A stretch of 64,000 bases of DNA from an uncultured bacterium (GTDB lineage: Bacteria > Patescibacteriota > Dojkabacteria > J137). Made by a program: the position numbers and the translations under genes. The notes below the pieces were generated by a model that did no database searches, was not told the DNA's origin, and saw nothing but the letters and a program-made list of their open reading frames with translations. Positions 17,749 to 27,097 of the stretch are shown piece after piece. Numbering within the stretch: position 1 is the stretch's first letter; each line of letters starts with the position of its first letter. Location of the stretch: NCBI GenBank assembly GCA_963700155.1, contig OY969472.1:808690-872689 (forward strand). Reading direction: 5' to 3'.

Positions 17749-18081
17749 ATGGATTCTAACGAAAATTCAACACAATCATTAGCTCAAAAAACACAATCTG
17801 CAATTAAAACTGCAAAAAAGATTAAGACCATTTGGTTTATTTTAACTTCAGTTGGACCTCTTTTGATTATAGTAATTATTTTTGGATTCCTTTTTTTAAA
17901 CATAAAAGCAAATCCTGTTGATAATGTTGATATACTTTATCAATGCCAAATTGCAGGTCAGCCTTTAGATAATACATGTATAAAAAACCTTAAAGAAAAA
18001 TTTAGAGATCAAATTTCTTCAGATGATCCAGATATTCAGGGAGGATCAGCAAATCCCCACCCTACTTATCCTCGAACTTAA
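17749..18081 (+). CDS. small single-pass membrane protein (110 aa)
   Basis: TM segment IWFILTSVGPLLIIVIIFGFLFL. Last gene of the + operon. Its stop abuts the stop of the convergent gene. Confidence 0.45.
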   Translation: MDSNENSTQSLAQKTQSAIKTAKKIKTIWFILTSVGPLLIIVIIFGFLFLNIKANPVDNVDILYQCQIAGQPLDNTCIKNLKEKFRDQISSDDPDIQGGSANPHPTYPRT

Positions 18082-20379
18082 TTAAGTATCTGTTGGAGTT
18101 GGTTCAACGAATTCAGCATCCTCTGCTCCATTATCATTTTTTACTCCTTGGAAAGGCTGAGGCGAAGATGGGGCTTGGGGTTCAGGTTGTTGAGGTTGGA
18201 TAGGCGCTTTTGATTGAGTTGCTTCTGTCGCCTCAGCCTGCAAACTTGGTTGTTCAGTAGTATTTTCTAAAGGTTGGGGTTGGTTTTCTACAACATTACT
18301 CTGCCCTGTTTCTCCAGGAGTTTCATTAAGATTTTGATCTACCACAGGCCTAGGTTGAAGCTGTTGTTCAGTAATATTATCAGGTCGTACCTCTTGGAAA
18401 GGTGTAATCTCATTATTATTTTCTTTTGGTTCTAATCTTTCTTGTTTAGGTTCACCTCCCATAACAACATTATTGTTTTGAGTCCCAGTTTCAATTGAAC
18501 TTGGTCCCGGTTGAATTGGTTGAGGTTGAATTACTTCTTCAGGTGGTTGTAAAGTTGGTGTTTCAGGAACTGGCTGACCCTTTCCTTGCCAGTAATTTTG
18601 TAATGATTGTTCAATTTCCTCTGTTGTTGGTGCTTGATAATTTTCACTTACTGTTGGCAGATTCTGAGGCGGTTCGCTCGGTGAATATGGTTGTAATGGT
18701 GGCAATGGCTCTGTAGAAACGGGTTGAAATTGTCCAAAATCCTGCGAACCGACTCCATTAAAACCTTGTATCCCATTCTCTTCATTTTTCTTTTTATTCT
18801 TCTTCCAAATTGTATAAAGAACCCAAGGTACAATTAATAAGATTAAAAATAAACCACAAACAAGGAATAATATTATCAAACTGTTTTTAGGAATTTCTCT
18901 TCCTAAGATCACAACATTTTCTTGTGTTAAGGTTTGTTCCTGTGGTTGTGTATTTATTGTAAATGTCCAGTTTATTGAAGCAACTTTTCCATTAGAATCT
19001 TTATAACTTACATTTACTGAATGTTTGCCATCTTCTAAAGGTTTGCTTATATCACAAGTGAAGCCAGACTCAGTTACTTTGCACTGTTTTGTTATATCAA
19101 CATCGTTAAGTAAAATTTTAATACTGCTTGTTACAACTTTCGAATCACTTGAAGGTACAAATTCTCCGGATAGTTGAGGTGATGATACATTTATTTCTGA
19201 TGTACTATCTGGTTTAAGATTTATTATTAATGGTTCACTTTGTGTTTCTTGGGTATTATTTTGAATCAAGAATGAATCCGAGACTCTATTAACTTCTGAA
19301 TTCTGTTTATCTGTAACTGTTATTCTTAAATAATAAATATCATCCGAGATTCTTGAAACGTCCCAAGTATAAGAATTGAATGTAAGTTCCTCTTCTTTAC
19401 TTAATGTTGCGATGGTTTTCCAATTTTTATCTGTATCTTTTGAATATTCTAAAACAATTTTTGCTACTCCATCTGGTTCATTAATATTCCACTTAATATC
19501 ATTACTAGAACCTTTCAATATTGAGTTATATACAGGATAAAGGATATCAATCTTTGTAGGTGTATTGTTTGTTTCCGGTTGTTCTGGAGTACTTGGTTCC
19601 TCAGGTGTTTGAGGTGTTTCTGGATTTGTGCTTGGAGGTGGCGTTGTTGGCTGATCTTTTACAATACTTAATGTAAATTCCTGTGTCGCACTTCCACTTA
19701 TTCCATCATCTACAGCAACTTTTATTTTATAATTTGCTTGATTTACTCCGGTAGGTAATGTTTTTGAATTGCTATTAGTTTTTATTAACCCAGTCTGTGA
19801 ATTTATCGATATAAAATTCGTTCCATAAACTAAGCTATAAGTTAAATGATCATTATCAGGATCATATGCTGTAACTTGATATTGCCATGAATCAGATTCG
19901 TGAATAGTTAAATTTGAAGGATTTGATGTAATTGTTGGGAGTGAATTATGATTTACAATTTTTACTATTCTTGAATTACATGCAGAATAAGAAGAACTCC
20001 CATTTTTCATAGCTGCACAAATCTGTAAGCAATAATTCCCATCAGGCAAATTTGTTGAACTCTGGGTATTATTAGTATTCCAACTTAATGAATTATCCTG
20101 ATTTTTATTTGACGTTCCACTCAAATTTGCATTGATGGTTCCATAATTTACATTCTCACAACTTGCGGCATCAAATAATTTCGCTGTGTATTGAATAGTT
20201 GATTGATCGTCATCCCACATTCTCCAAGTAATATTTATTGCCCCGCTTACTTTTTGATTTGCAGCTGGAGACGTAACATAAAAAATATCGTCAGGATCAC
20301 CTATCTCATAAGCTTTTATAATATTGAACCCGAGAAAGCTGATTAAAATTGTTAAAACTATTATTAATATTTTTTTCAT
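18082..20379 (-). CDS. type-I membrane surface protein: signal peptide, Ig-like/cadherin-like domains, Pro/Thr linker, single TM, ~250-aa cytoplasmic Pro/Gln-rich tail
   Basis: Signal MKKILIIVLTILISFLGFNIIKA. Motif …DNDHLTYSLVYGTNFISINSQTGLIK… (putative Ig / dystroglycan-type cadherin-like). TM IILFLVCGLFLILLIVPWVLYTIW followed by KKNKKKNEE and P/Q-rich low-complexity sequence to the C-terminus. Confidence 0.6.
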   Translation of the reverse strand: MKKILIIVLTILISFLGFNIIKAYEIGDPDDIFYVTSPAANQKVSGAINITWRMWDDDQSTIQYTAKLFDAASCENVNYGTINANLSGTSNKNQDNSLSWNTNNTQSSTNLPDGNYCLQICAAMKNGSSSYSACNSRIVKIVNHNSLPTITSNPSNLTIHESDSWQYQVTAYDPDNDHLTYSLVYGTNFISINSQTGLIKTNSNSKTLPTGVNQANYKIKVAVDDGISGSATQEFTLSIVKDQPTTPPPSTNPETPQTPEEPSTPEQPETNNTPTKIDILYPVYNSILKGSSNDIKWNINEPDGVAKIVLEYSKDTDKNWKTIATLSKEEELTFNSYTWDVSRISDDIYYLRITVTDKQNSEVNRVSDSFLIQNNTQETQSEPLIINLKPDSTSEINVSSPQLSGEFVPSSDSKVVTSSIKILLNDVDITKQCKVTESGFTCDISKPLEDGKHSVNVSYKDSNGKVASINWTFTINTQPQEQTLTQENVVILGREIPKNSLIILFLVCGLFLILLIVPWVLYTIWKKNKKKNEENGIQGFNGVGSQDFGQFQPVSTEPLPPLQPYSPSEPPQNLPTVSENYQAPTTEEIEQSLQNYWQGKGQPVPETPTLQPPEEVIQPQPIQPGPSSIETGTQNNNVVMGGEPKQERLEPKENNNEITPFQEVRPDNITEQQLQPRPVVDQNLNETPGETGQSNVVENQPQPLENTTEQPSLQAEATEATQSKAPIQPQQPEPQAPSSPQPFQGVKNDNGAEDAEFVEPTPTDT

Positions 20380-21959
20380 AAAACTCCTTTATTGCTAATT
20401 AATGTTTTTACATTTGTTTCTAATGTTGTCAATTGTCCTTGTGATACTGAATTCCCCTCAATTACTTTATTAAATGCCTCTTTTATATCCATTCCTTTTA
20501 CCATGTACCAAGTTTTAAGATTAGGAAGCGAATCATTATATATTTTTAGATATTGGTCATCAGATAATTCAGTTGCCATATCTTTTCTTGGATATAAAAT
20601 ACCAAAATATCCTTCATTTGTTTTGATATTGTCACTAAGTTCTTTTAATTTATCAGATTGAGTAATCCACTGTAGGAACTTCCAGGCTTCTGTTGAATTA
20701 GGTCTGTTTAATGCAACCATGTTTCCCCAATACTCAGGCCAGTTGATTACTGCTTGATCTTGTCCTTGTAGTTGAGGCAATTGGGCAACACCAATATTCA
20801 AGTTTAATCCATATTGCTCATTGTAATAAAGGATTTCTCTTAATCTATAGCTAGGTACAATAATCATTGCAACGTTTCCTTCTAAGAATGCTGCTGAATC
20901 ATTTTTTATATCTCTGCTCCATGTTCCTGTAGAGCTATTGGCAAAGTCCTTGTAGAATTGGAATGCTGAAACGGAATCTGTGTCTTCTGCAAATGTGGGG
21001 ACATCTTTGCTATCTGTAACACTAACTCCATTTTGGAATAATAATACATTCAATACATCAAATGAGTAAGAAACATTTGAAGATAATCCTCCTGCGAATC
21101 CTGCAACTTTTATTGTGTTTTTTTCTTTTGTTGTTAAGTTTTGAGCTAGACTTTTAAAGCTTGGCCAATCAGTTGGGACGTTTAGCACTGCTTTTGAAGC
21201 AAGAATATCTTTATTATAAACAACGGCTAATGTATCCAGCCAAAGGGGAACACCATTTATTGTGCCATTATGTGCAAAATCTTGTCCAACAACTTCATAA
21301 AAAGTATTGTTAAATGTTTCAGAATCATAAGATGTACTTGATTTGACATATCTCTCATAATCTCCAGCCCATGTACTACTTACCGAAAAAATATCAGGTA
21401 TTTGAACGGGATCGTTGGCTTTTAATATTCGGTCAAGTTCTGTTTTATAAGTTAAAGCTGCATCATCAGATGCTGTGTCAGCGGGAATCTTATTAGCATA
21501 TTCAATTGTTACATTTGGGTTCTCAGTATTATATTCATCCAATAAAGGCTGAACTTCAGAAGGATCCATAAATGCTCCCCACCATTGCAGGACTACTTTT
21601 TCTGATGATGTATTATTTTGATTCCCGCTGTTGTTACTGAAAAGTAAATTTATAACAAAAATCAAAACTATTATGCCAACGATCCCGATTATTATATATG
21701 GTAAGAATTTCCGTATATCTAATTTGTTTTTTTCAGGCTCGGAATTATTGACTAATGAGTTAGGGTTAAAGTTTGTTGGTGGCGGTGGGTTATAAGTCTG
21801 TTCAGGAATAATTGGTTGTGGCTGAACTGGTTGAAATTGTTGTGCAGTTTGGAATTGCTGATCTGTTGGCTGATACTGCTGTGGAGGTAAATCCACAGGT
21901 TGTGGTTCTACCAGATTTTGTGGTTGTTGTACGTTGTTAAAATTATAATTATCACTCAT
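20376..21959 (-). CDS. membrane-anchored extracellular solute-binding protein (family 1 SBP-like) with ~75-aa cytoplasmic Pro/Gln-rich N-terminal extension
   Basis: N-terminus …PQPVDLPPQQYQPTDQQFQTAQQFQPVQPQP…. TM FLPYIIIGIVGIIVLIFVINLLF, then VVLQWWGAFMDPSE…ENPNVTIEYANK…, typical of sugar-type ABC substrate-binding proteins. ATGA overlap with the downstream gene. Confidence 0.6.
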   Translation of the reverse strand: MSDNYNFNNVQQPQNLVEPQPVDLPPQQYQPTDQQFQTAQQFQPVQPQPIIPEQTYNPPPPTNFNPNSLVNNSEPEKNKLDIRKFLPYIIIGIVGIIVLIFVINLLFSNNSGNQNNTSSEKVVLQWWGAFMDPSEVQPLLDEYNTENPNVTIEYANKIPADTASDDAALTYKTELDRILKANDPVQIPDIFSVSSTWAGDYERYVKSSTSYDSETFNNTFYEVVGQDFAHNGTINGVPLWLDTLAVVYNKDILASKAVLNVPTDWPSFKSLAQNLTTKEKNTIKVAGFAGGLSSNVSYSFDVLNVLLFQNGVSVTDSKDVPTFAEDTDSVSAFQFYKDFANSSTGTWSRDIKNDSAAFLEGNVAMIIVPSYRLREILYYNEQYGLNLNIGVAQLPQLQGQDQAVINWPEYWGNMVALNRPNSTEAWKFLQWITQSDKLKELSDNIKTNEGYFGILYPRKDMATELSDDQYLKIYNDSLPNLKTWYMVKGMDIKEAFNKVIEGNSVSQGQLTTLETNVKTLISNKGVL

Positions 21960-21993
21960 TAATTTCTATTTAATAATTTTATTCATTATACTG

Positions 21994-23487
21994 TTAAACA
22001 CTTCCTGATGGTAGGATATCTAAAACGTTTACTCCAAGTATTCTTAAGATTAATACGCTAAATATTAAGACTGCAACTCCAGTTAGTGTAGCGATTAGCC
22101 TTTCTCTTGCTTTTTTTACACCTTCTTCATCACCTCTTTGATATTGAATTCCTACAAGAATTAATTCGAGCAATGCCACTCCACCGACAACTCCTAATGC
22201 AATTCTAATCAACCCAGTAATTATTCCTAATGGACTTGGGTCTAAGCAGCCGATTGCTGTTGGAATGCCACCACTAGCTCTACATTGAGCAATAAAGTCA
22301 GCATTTCCCTTATCAAGATTTTGACTAGCATTTATATATGCTAATGTATCGGCTACACTGTTATTAATTAAATCTGTTCTGTTGATAAAATTTGTACTAC
22401 CAGTGTCGCAAGTTATTAATTGTTGTTTATTTTCAGGATTAGTATTTTCATCTTCAATAAACATAGCTTCATTGTTAGTAAAACATTTCTGGCAACTTAG
22501 AGTATTACTGTCTAATGCTTCAGTACTTATAATAAAATAATCCTTTCCACTAGAAGTAATTTTTGTGTATGGTACAAACTGATTATCTGCAACATTATTT
22601 ACAACTGCACATCCTTTTGAAGCACATTTGAAATCAGAACCTGACATAGTCCCATCAAGTGATACATTATTAGCCGGGTATGATTGTCCCAATCCTAAAC
22701 CTAGTTGAGGTTTAATTATTCCCCCATCTGAAAAACTAAATTCAGATAAATCTGTAGTGTATCCACTTCCAGTACTTTTAATTCCAACAATTATATTACC
22801 CTGGTTTACACTATTAAGTGCTTCTTCAAAAGAGGAAGTATGTGAAGCTTTTTGAGAGGTATTAGGTATAATTACATTTCCTGATTCATCTTGACAACCT
22901 CCAGAAGTTGGATTTGGATCCCACTTTGTTGGGTTAAGACCAGAACCCACTCGGCAGCAGACACCATTAATATAAGCCTCTGCAGAACTTTCCTGTGCTA
23001 CATTTACAAATTTAAAATCTGTTGGACAGCACCCAGTTGAATATCCTACGAAAGTAGTGATTTTATGAGGTGCTTCTTGTGCAGTCCATCCTTGTGGACA
23101 TGCCCTTGGTATTATTTGCTGGTCGTTATTTGAGCCAATAGAATTTAAATTTTGATTAGGAAAGTTTTTAAGTTCGCTGTTAGTTAAATATCTGACTGTG
23201 AAATTTGTATACTCTTGATTTACACATACTTTGTTAGCATTATCTCCATATGTATCAGATATACTATTAATAAAGCTTTCTTGATTTAAATCTAAATATT
23301 GTGAAGCATTATCAGCTAAATTTAATAGGTTATATTTTCCAGCGGGACAATCTCCATAATTTCTGACGCATTGACTTCCAAACCCATTTAGCTGTGCTTC
23401 GGCTTTGCCAGAAAATCTAGTTGCTCCAACAATAAATAGCACACTTACTATTATCAACAATATAATACTAACTTTTCCTTTAAGCAT
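21994..23487 (-). CDS. secreted Cys-rich protein (497 aa) with C-terminal double-TM hairpin (pilin/VirB2-like topology)
   Basis: Signal MLKGKVSIILLIIVSVLFIVGA. About 20 Cys in the exodomain. C-terminus …GLIRIALGVVGGVALLELILVGIQYQRGDEEG…LIATLTGVAVLIFSVLILRILGV (two hydrophobic helices separated by a short charged loop). Confidence 0.5.
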   Translation of the reverse strand: MLKGKVSIILLIIVSVLFIVGATRFSGKAEAQLNGFGSQCVRNYGDCPAGKYNLLNLADNASQYLDLNQESFINSISDTYGDNANKVCVNQEYTNFTVRYLTNSELKNFPNQNLNSIGSNNDQQIIPRACPQGWTAQEAPHKITTFVGYSTGCCPTDFKFVNVAQESSAEAYINGVCCRVGSGLNPTKWDPNPTSGGCQDESGNVIIPNTSQKASHTSSFEEALNSVNQGNIIVGIKSTGSGYTTDLSEFSFSDGGIIKPQLGLGLGQSYPANNVSLDGTMSGSDFKCASKGCAVVNNVADNQFVPYTKITSSGKDYFIISTEALDSNTLSCQKCFTNNEAMFIEDENTNPENKQQLITCDTGSTNFINRTDLINNSVADTLAYINASQNLDKGNADFIAQCRASGGIPTAIGCLDPSPLGIITGLIRIALGVVGGVALLELILVGIQYQRGDEEGVKKARERLIATLTGVAVLIFSVLILRILGVNVLDILPSGSV

Positions 23488-23508
23488 TTTATTACTTTAA
23501 AATATTAT

Positions 23509-24714
23509 TTATTCTACCCTTTTTATAGCTTCAATATAATATGTGAACTCAGCCTGCCTGCCATCATTCATCTCAGCTCTACCCTTAAAGATATATATAG
23601 GATAAACATATCCTGTCCAATCTTTAGGTTCATAATATCCTAAAAGAGTTTTACTTCTATCCGCAACAAACTTTCTTACCGATACTGTATCAGGTTGATC
23701 CCCAAAATAATTTCCACTCTGAGGAATTAATGAAACAAGTGAACCTTGTCCCTGTTGAATCTTTGTCCAAGCTTCTTCAGGTGTAATTATTAAATATGAA
23801 CCTCGTAAAAGACCATCTGCACTATTACTATCAATACTATACTCGTAATCTGTAAAGTTCAATTCAAAGACATCTTTTTTATAATCACTCAATTTATTTG
23901 AAGCTATCACATGTATTTCTCCAATTCTTGGATCTGCTGTATAAACATATGCATCAATTGGTTTTGGAATCAAAGCTTTATTATCTGTTTGAGGAAGCTC
24001 ATCAGTTGGCTTTAAATCTGCAAAAGATAGATTCCTAAATATATTTATTACAACATAGTCGGCTTCAGCAGGATTGTCATTGTTAAAGAAAGTTCCATTA
24101 TTATATTTAGCAAATCTTGCATCAACCAGACCAGTATCAAAACCTGTGGTATCAAATCCAAGGCTTTTTATTAAACTTAATGCAGATCTTTCATAAGGAT
24201 CAATAGTATTATTTAGTGTCTTGATTCTTTTTGCTTCAATATTATTTGTATAATCAGTCGTCATACTCCAAGTCAAATTCTCCTTATCGTACTTAATAAC
24301 TTTAGTCCCACTAGCTGTTTCCCAGGTGAACAAATTATTATCAGTTGTATAAACAAGCGGATTGAATCCAAGTTTATTTACACTAGTTTGTGCAGCTTCA
24401 AATGATCCTAATTTTTCTCTTGGTTTATCTATTTTATATACATATGCAACATCTGGAAGTACAGTAAATACACTTTCCAGTGAGTATGATGGTGTAACTG
24501 AAGAGTCCAAAGAGATACCTGGAATATTAGGACGAGAAATGTCACCAAAAGCTCTATCAGGATTCATATAATATCTCGCAGTGTTTGTTGGAGTTAAAAT
24601 TGCAGCCTGTTGGGCATTTGAAATAGTTTCGATAACTAAAACTAAGAGTGTAAATATAAGAAAGCCAAAAAGAACTTTTCTCCCAGTTTTTGAAGCGTCA
24701 TAAAGTGTAGCCAT
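23509..24714 (-). CDS. N-terminally membrane-anchored extracellular protein (401 aa); first gene of the surface operon
   Basis: Anchor VLFGFLIFTLLVLVIETI followed by a Ser/Thr/Asn-rich exodomain. No motif. Confidence 0.5.
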   Translation of the reverse strand: MATLYDASKTGRKVLFGFLIFTLLVLVIETISNAQQAAILTPTNTARYYMNPDRAFGDISRPNIPGISLDSSVTPSYSLESVFTVLPDVAYVYKIDKPREKLGSFEAAQTSVNKLGFNPLVYTTDNNLFTWETASGTKVIKYDKENLTWSMTTDYTNNIEAKRIKTLNNTIDPYERSALSLIKSLGFDTTGFDTGLVDARFAKYNNGTFFNNDNPAEADYVVINIFRNLSFADLKPTDELPQTDNKALIPKPIDAYVYTADPRIGEIHVIASNKLSDYKKDVFELNFTDYEYSIDSNSADGLLRGSYLIITPEEAWTKIQQGQGSLVSLIPQSGNYFGDQPDTVSVRKFVADRSKTLLGYYEPKDWTGYVYPIYIFKGRAEMNDGRQAEFTYYIEAIKRVE

Positions 24715-24773
24715 TTAGTAAAATTTTGTATAAAAGTTTTCTTATACATAATAATGTAAATGAAGAAGTTTAA

Positions 24774-25190
24774 CAATGTAGGTTTGATTTAATATATGTT
24801 GATTTTGATCTGTCAAAATTATATGGAGTTGAAACAAAAATTTTAAAAAGACAGGTAAGGAGAAATATTAAACGATTTCCAGCTGATTTTATGTTTCAGT
24901 TAAATAAAAATGAATGGAGAGAACTGGTGCCAAATTGGCACCAGTTCGAAAAGGTAAAACACACTTCATCTCTGACCTATGTTTTTACAGAACAAGGTGT
25001 TGCAATGTTATCTAGCGTTCTGAGAAGTGATAAAGCTATTGATGTTAATATTGTAATTATGAGAGCTTTTGTAGAGCTCAAAAAGTTCATAATAAATAAC
25101 CAAGAAGTATTACAAAAGATTACTGATCTCGAGACTGACGTTAAATTAAAGTTCTTTGAACAGGATAAACAAATAAGTTTAATTTTCTAA
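24774..25190 (+). pseudogene. ORF6N-domain protein remnant, N-terminally truncated (no start codon upstream of the conserved core)
   Basis: In-frame translation after the stop at 24771-73 gives QCRFDLIYVDFDLSKLYGVETKILKRQVRRNIKRFPADFMFQLNKNEWRELV… The LYxVETKxLxxxVxRNxxRFPxDFMFQL signature of the phage/mobile-element ORF6N domain is present. No ATG/GTG/TTG lies in frame before 24891. Confidence 0.55.
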
Positions 25191-25255
25191 GTTATTAAGA
25201 AAATTATGAAAGATGATATTGAAAATAATAGTAGAAAGATTGGTTTTTCTATAGA

Positions 25256-27094
25256 TTAACCTTTTCTAAGTTCATACATTCTAATAATTTCACCGACAGT
25301 ATTTGGATAGTCTTTATCATCTCTATTCCAGATCTTCATTCTAGGAAATCTAATTGAAAGACCTTTTGAAGAATCATCGTTTTTTACTTTTGCTTTCTTG
25401 CCTCTTGCTGCAGTGTGAGCTGGACTTCTTGTAATCTCGTCGGCGATAATTTCCATAATAATTTCAGGTTTTACCCAAACATCTGGATAAAGCATTTTTT
25501 CAACAATAACATTTTCAGGCTGCTTTTCTACTTTTATTTTCTCCATGGTTTTAAACATTTTTCCCATTTGTTCCTCAGTAAACCCACTCCCAACTTTCCC
25601 TATACTATAATATTTTTCTTCTTTAGGATCATAAACACCTGCTAACAATGCTCCAAATCCAAATCTAGCTCTATCACCTTTACCTGTGTAATATCCTAAT
25701 ACTACAACGTCAATAGTATCAACAAGATCACTTCTTGTATTTGCCTTTAATTTTATCCATTTGAAGTTTCTTGTTCCTGGATCATAATTTGTCCCTAATT
25801 CTTTTGTGATGATTCCTTCAAGACCTTTTTTAACATTGAATGTAAAGTACTCTTGCAGTTCTTCTTCAGACTTTACTTGCTTAGTTTCTAGCATCCTAAG
25901 GCTTGAGGTTGAGTCTTTGAGGACCTGACTCAGAATCTTTATTCTATCTTCAATAGGTTTCTGAGTCAGGTCCTCTCTGTTCAGATACAAAATATCAAAA
26001 CACATCGCCCTAACAGGGATACTTTTGGAAAATTTTCCGATATCATATTTCCTTTTCCTTTGCATGGTTTCTTGATATGTTAAATATTCTGAGTTCTTTT
26101 CAGTTGATTTATTCTGGGTTAAATCGTGTGGATGGCCATTTTTATTATTATCTTCTTTCACACCAATAATTTCAGAGTCTAAAATTATTGAATCAACTTT
26201 TAATTTTTCTAAACTCTCGGTTAGTTCAGGGAATTGATCAGTCATTGTCTCCATATTTCTGCTGAAGACTGCTGTTTTACCCTCAATCATTCCTAAGCCT
26301 TTCTTATCATAATGAAGTTGACCTCTCAGTCCATCTAATTTAGGTTGTACATAGCAGTTAGACATTCTTTCCCAAATAGCTTTTGAATTCTTCTCTCTTT
26401 CAACAAGTTTTGAAGCAACTGGTGTCCCAGGCTGGACTTTTAGTTTGTTTAATGTTGCTGTCAGATTTTCTTTTGAATCAATTACAGTTTCTGCTAGTTC
26501 TCCAATATCAGCTTTTTTACCAAAAGCATAATCTAATTCTGATCTTAAACTTTTATCTCCAGTTTTAAACCATGATAGTGAATCAAGAATTGTTTTATCG
26601 CTAATTCCAAGTCTTAAATTTCCAATAATAATTCTTGTAGCAAACTTTGCACTTAAAGAATCCAATGAATTAATCAACTCGAAATATTTATTCATTTTTT
26701 CATCTTGTGAACCTTTTCCGGTTGCTTTAGCAATATTAGTCAATTCTTTATAAGTTTTTTCTATACTGTAATTTTTGTCTTTATTCTTTATATCCTTATC
26801 TTTAATTAAACTTTCAGCTACTAAACCAGTATCGCCAAGTTTTCTGTAAAGTGAATTAACTTTTTTTTCATCTTTTATTGATTCTCCCAATGCTCTTAAA
26901 ATTAGCTTTTGAGAGATATTAAATTCTAAGTTGACGAATTTTGGGACTAATCTACCTTGTATCAAATACATTGCATATTTGATTTCATCCCCTTTAAGTT
27001 CTTTAAAAAGTTCTGAAACGATGATTGTCATATCTGTCCTGCCAGAAGTATTTGAGATTTTTTCTAAATATTCTGCAAATTTTTTAAATTCCAT
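25256..27094 (-). CDS. ATP-dependent DNA ligase
   Basis: 612 aa. Adenylation motif I KLDGLRGQLH (KxDG) and an OB-fold C-terminal region. Resembles archaeal/eukaryotic-type ATP-dependent ligases. Confidence 0.8.
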   Translation of the reverse strand: MEFKKFAEYLEKISNTSGRTDMTIIVSELFKELKGDEIKYAMYLIQGRLVPKFVNLEFNISQKLILRALGESIKDEKKVNSLYRKLGDTGLVAESLIKDKDIKNKDKNYSIEKTYKELTNIAKATGKGSQDEKMNKYFELINSLDSLSAKFATRIIIGNLRLGISDKTILDSLSWFKTGDKSLRSELDYAFGKKADIGELAETVIDSKENLTATLNKLKVQPGTPVASKLVEREKNSKAIWERMSNCYVQPKLDGLRGQLHYDKKGLGMIEGKTAVFSRNMETMTDQFPELTESLEKLKVDSIILDSEIIGVKEDNNKNGHPHDLTQNKSTEKNSEYLTYQETMQRKRKYDIGKFSKSIPVRAMCFDILYLNREDLTQKPIEDRIKILSQVLKDSTSSLRMLETKQVKSEEELQEYFTFNVKKGLEGIITKELGTNYDPGTRNFKWIKLKANTRSDLVDTIDVVVLGYYTGKGDRARFGFGALLAGVYDPKEEKYYSIGKVGSGFTEEQMGKMFKTMEKIKVEKQPENVIVEKMLYPDVWVKPEIIMEIIADEITRSPAHTAARGKKAKVKNDDSSKGLSIRFPRMKIWNRDDKDYPNTVGEIIRMYELRKG

Positions 27095-27097
27095 TAT

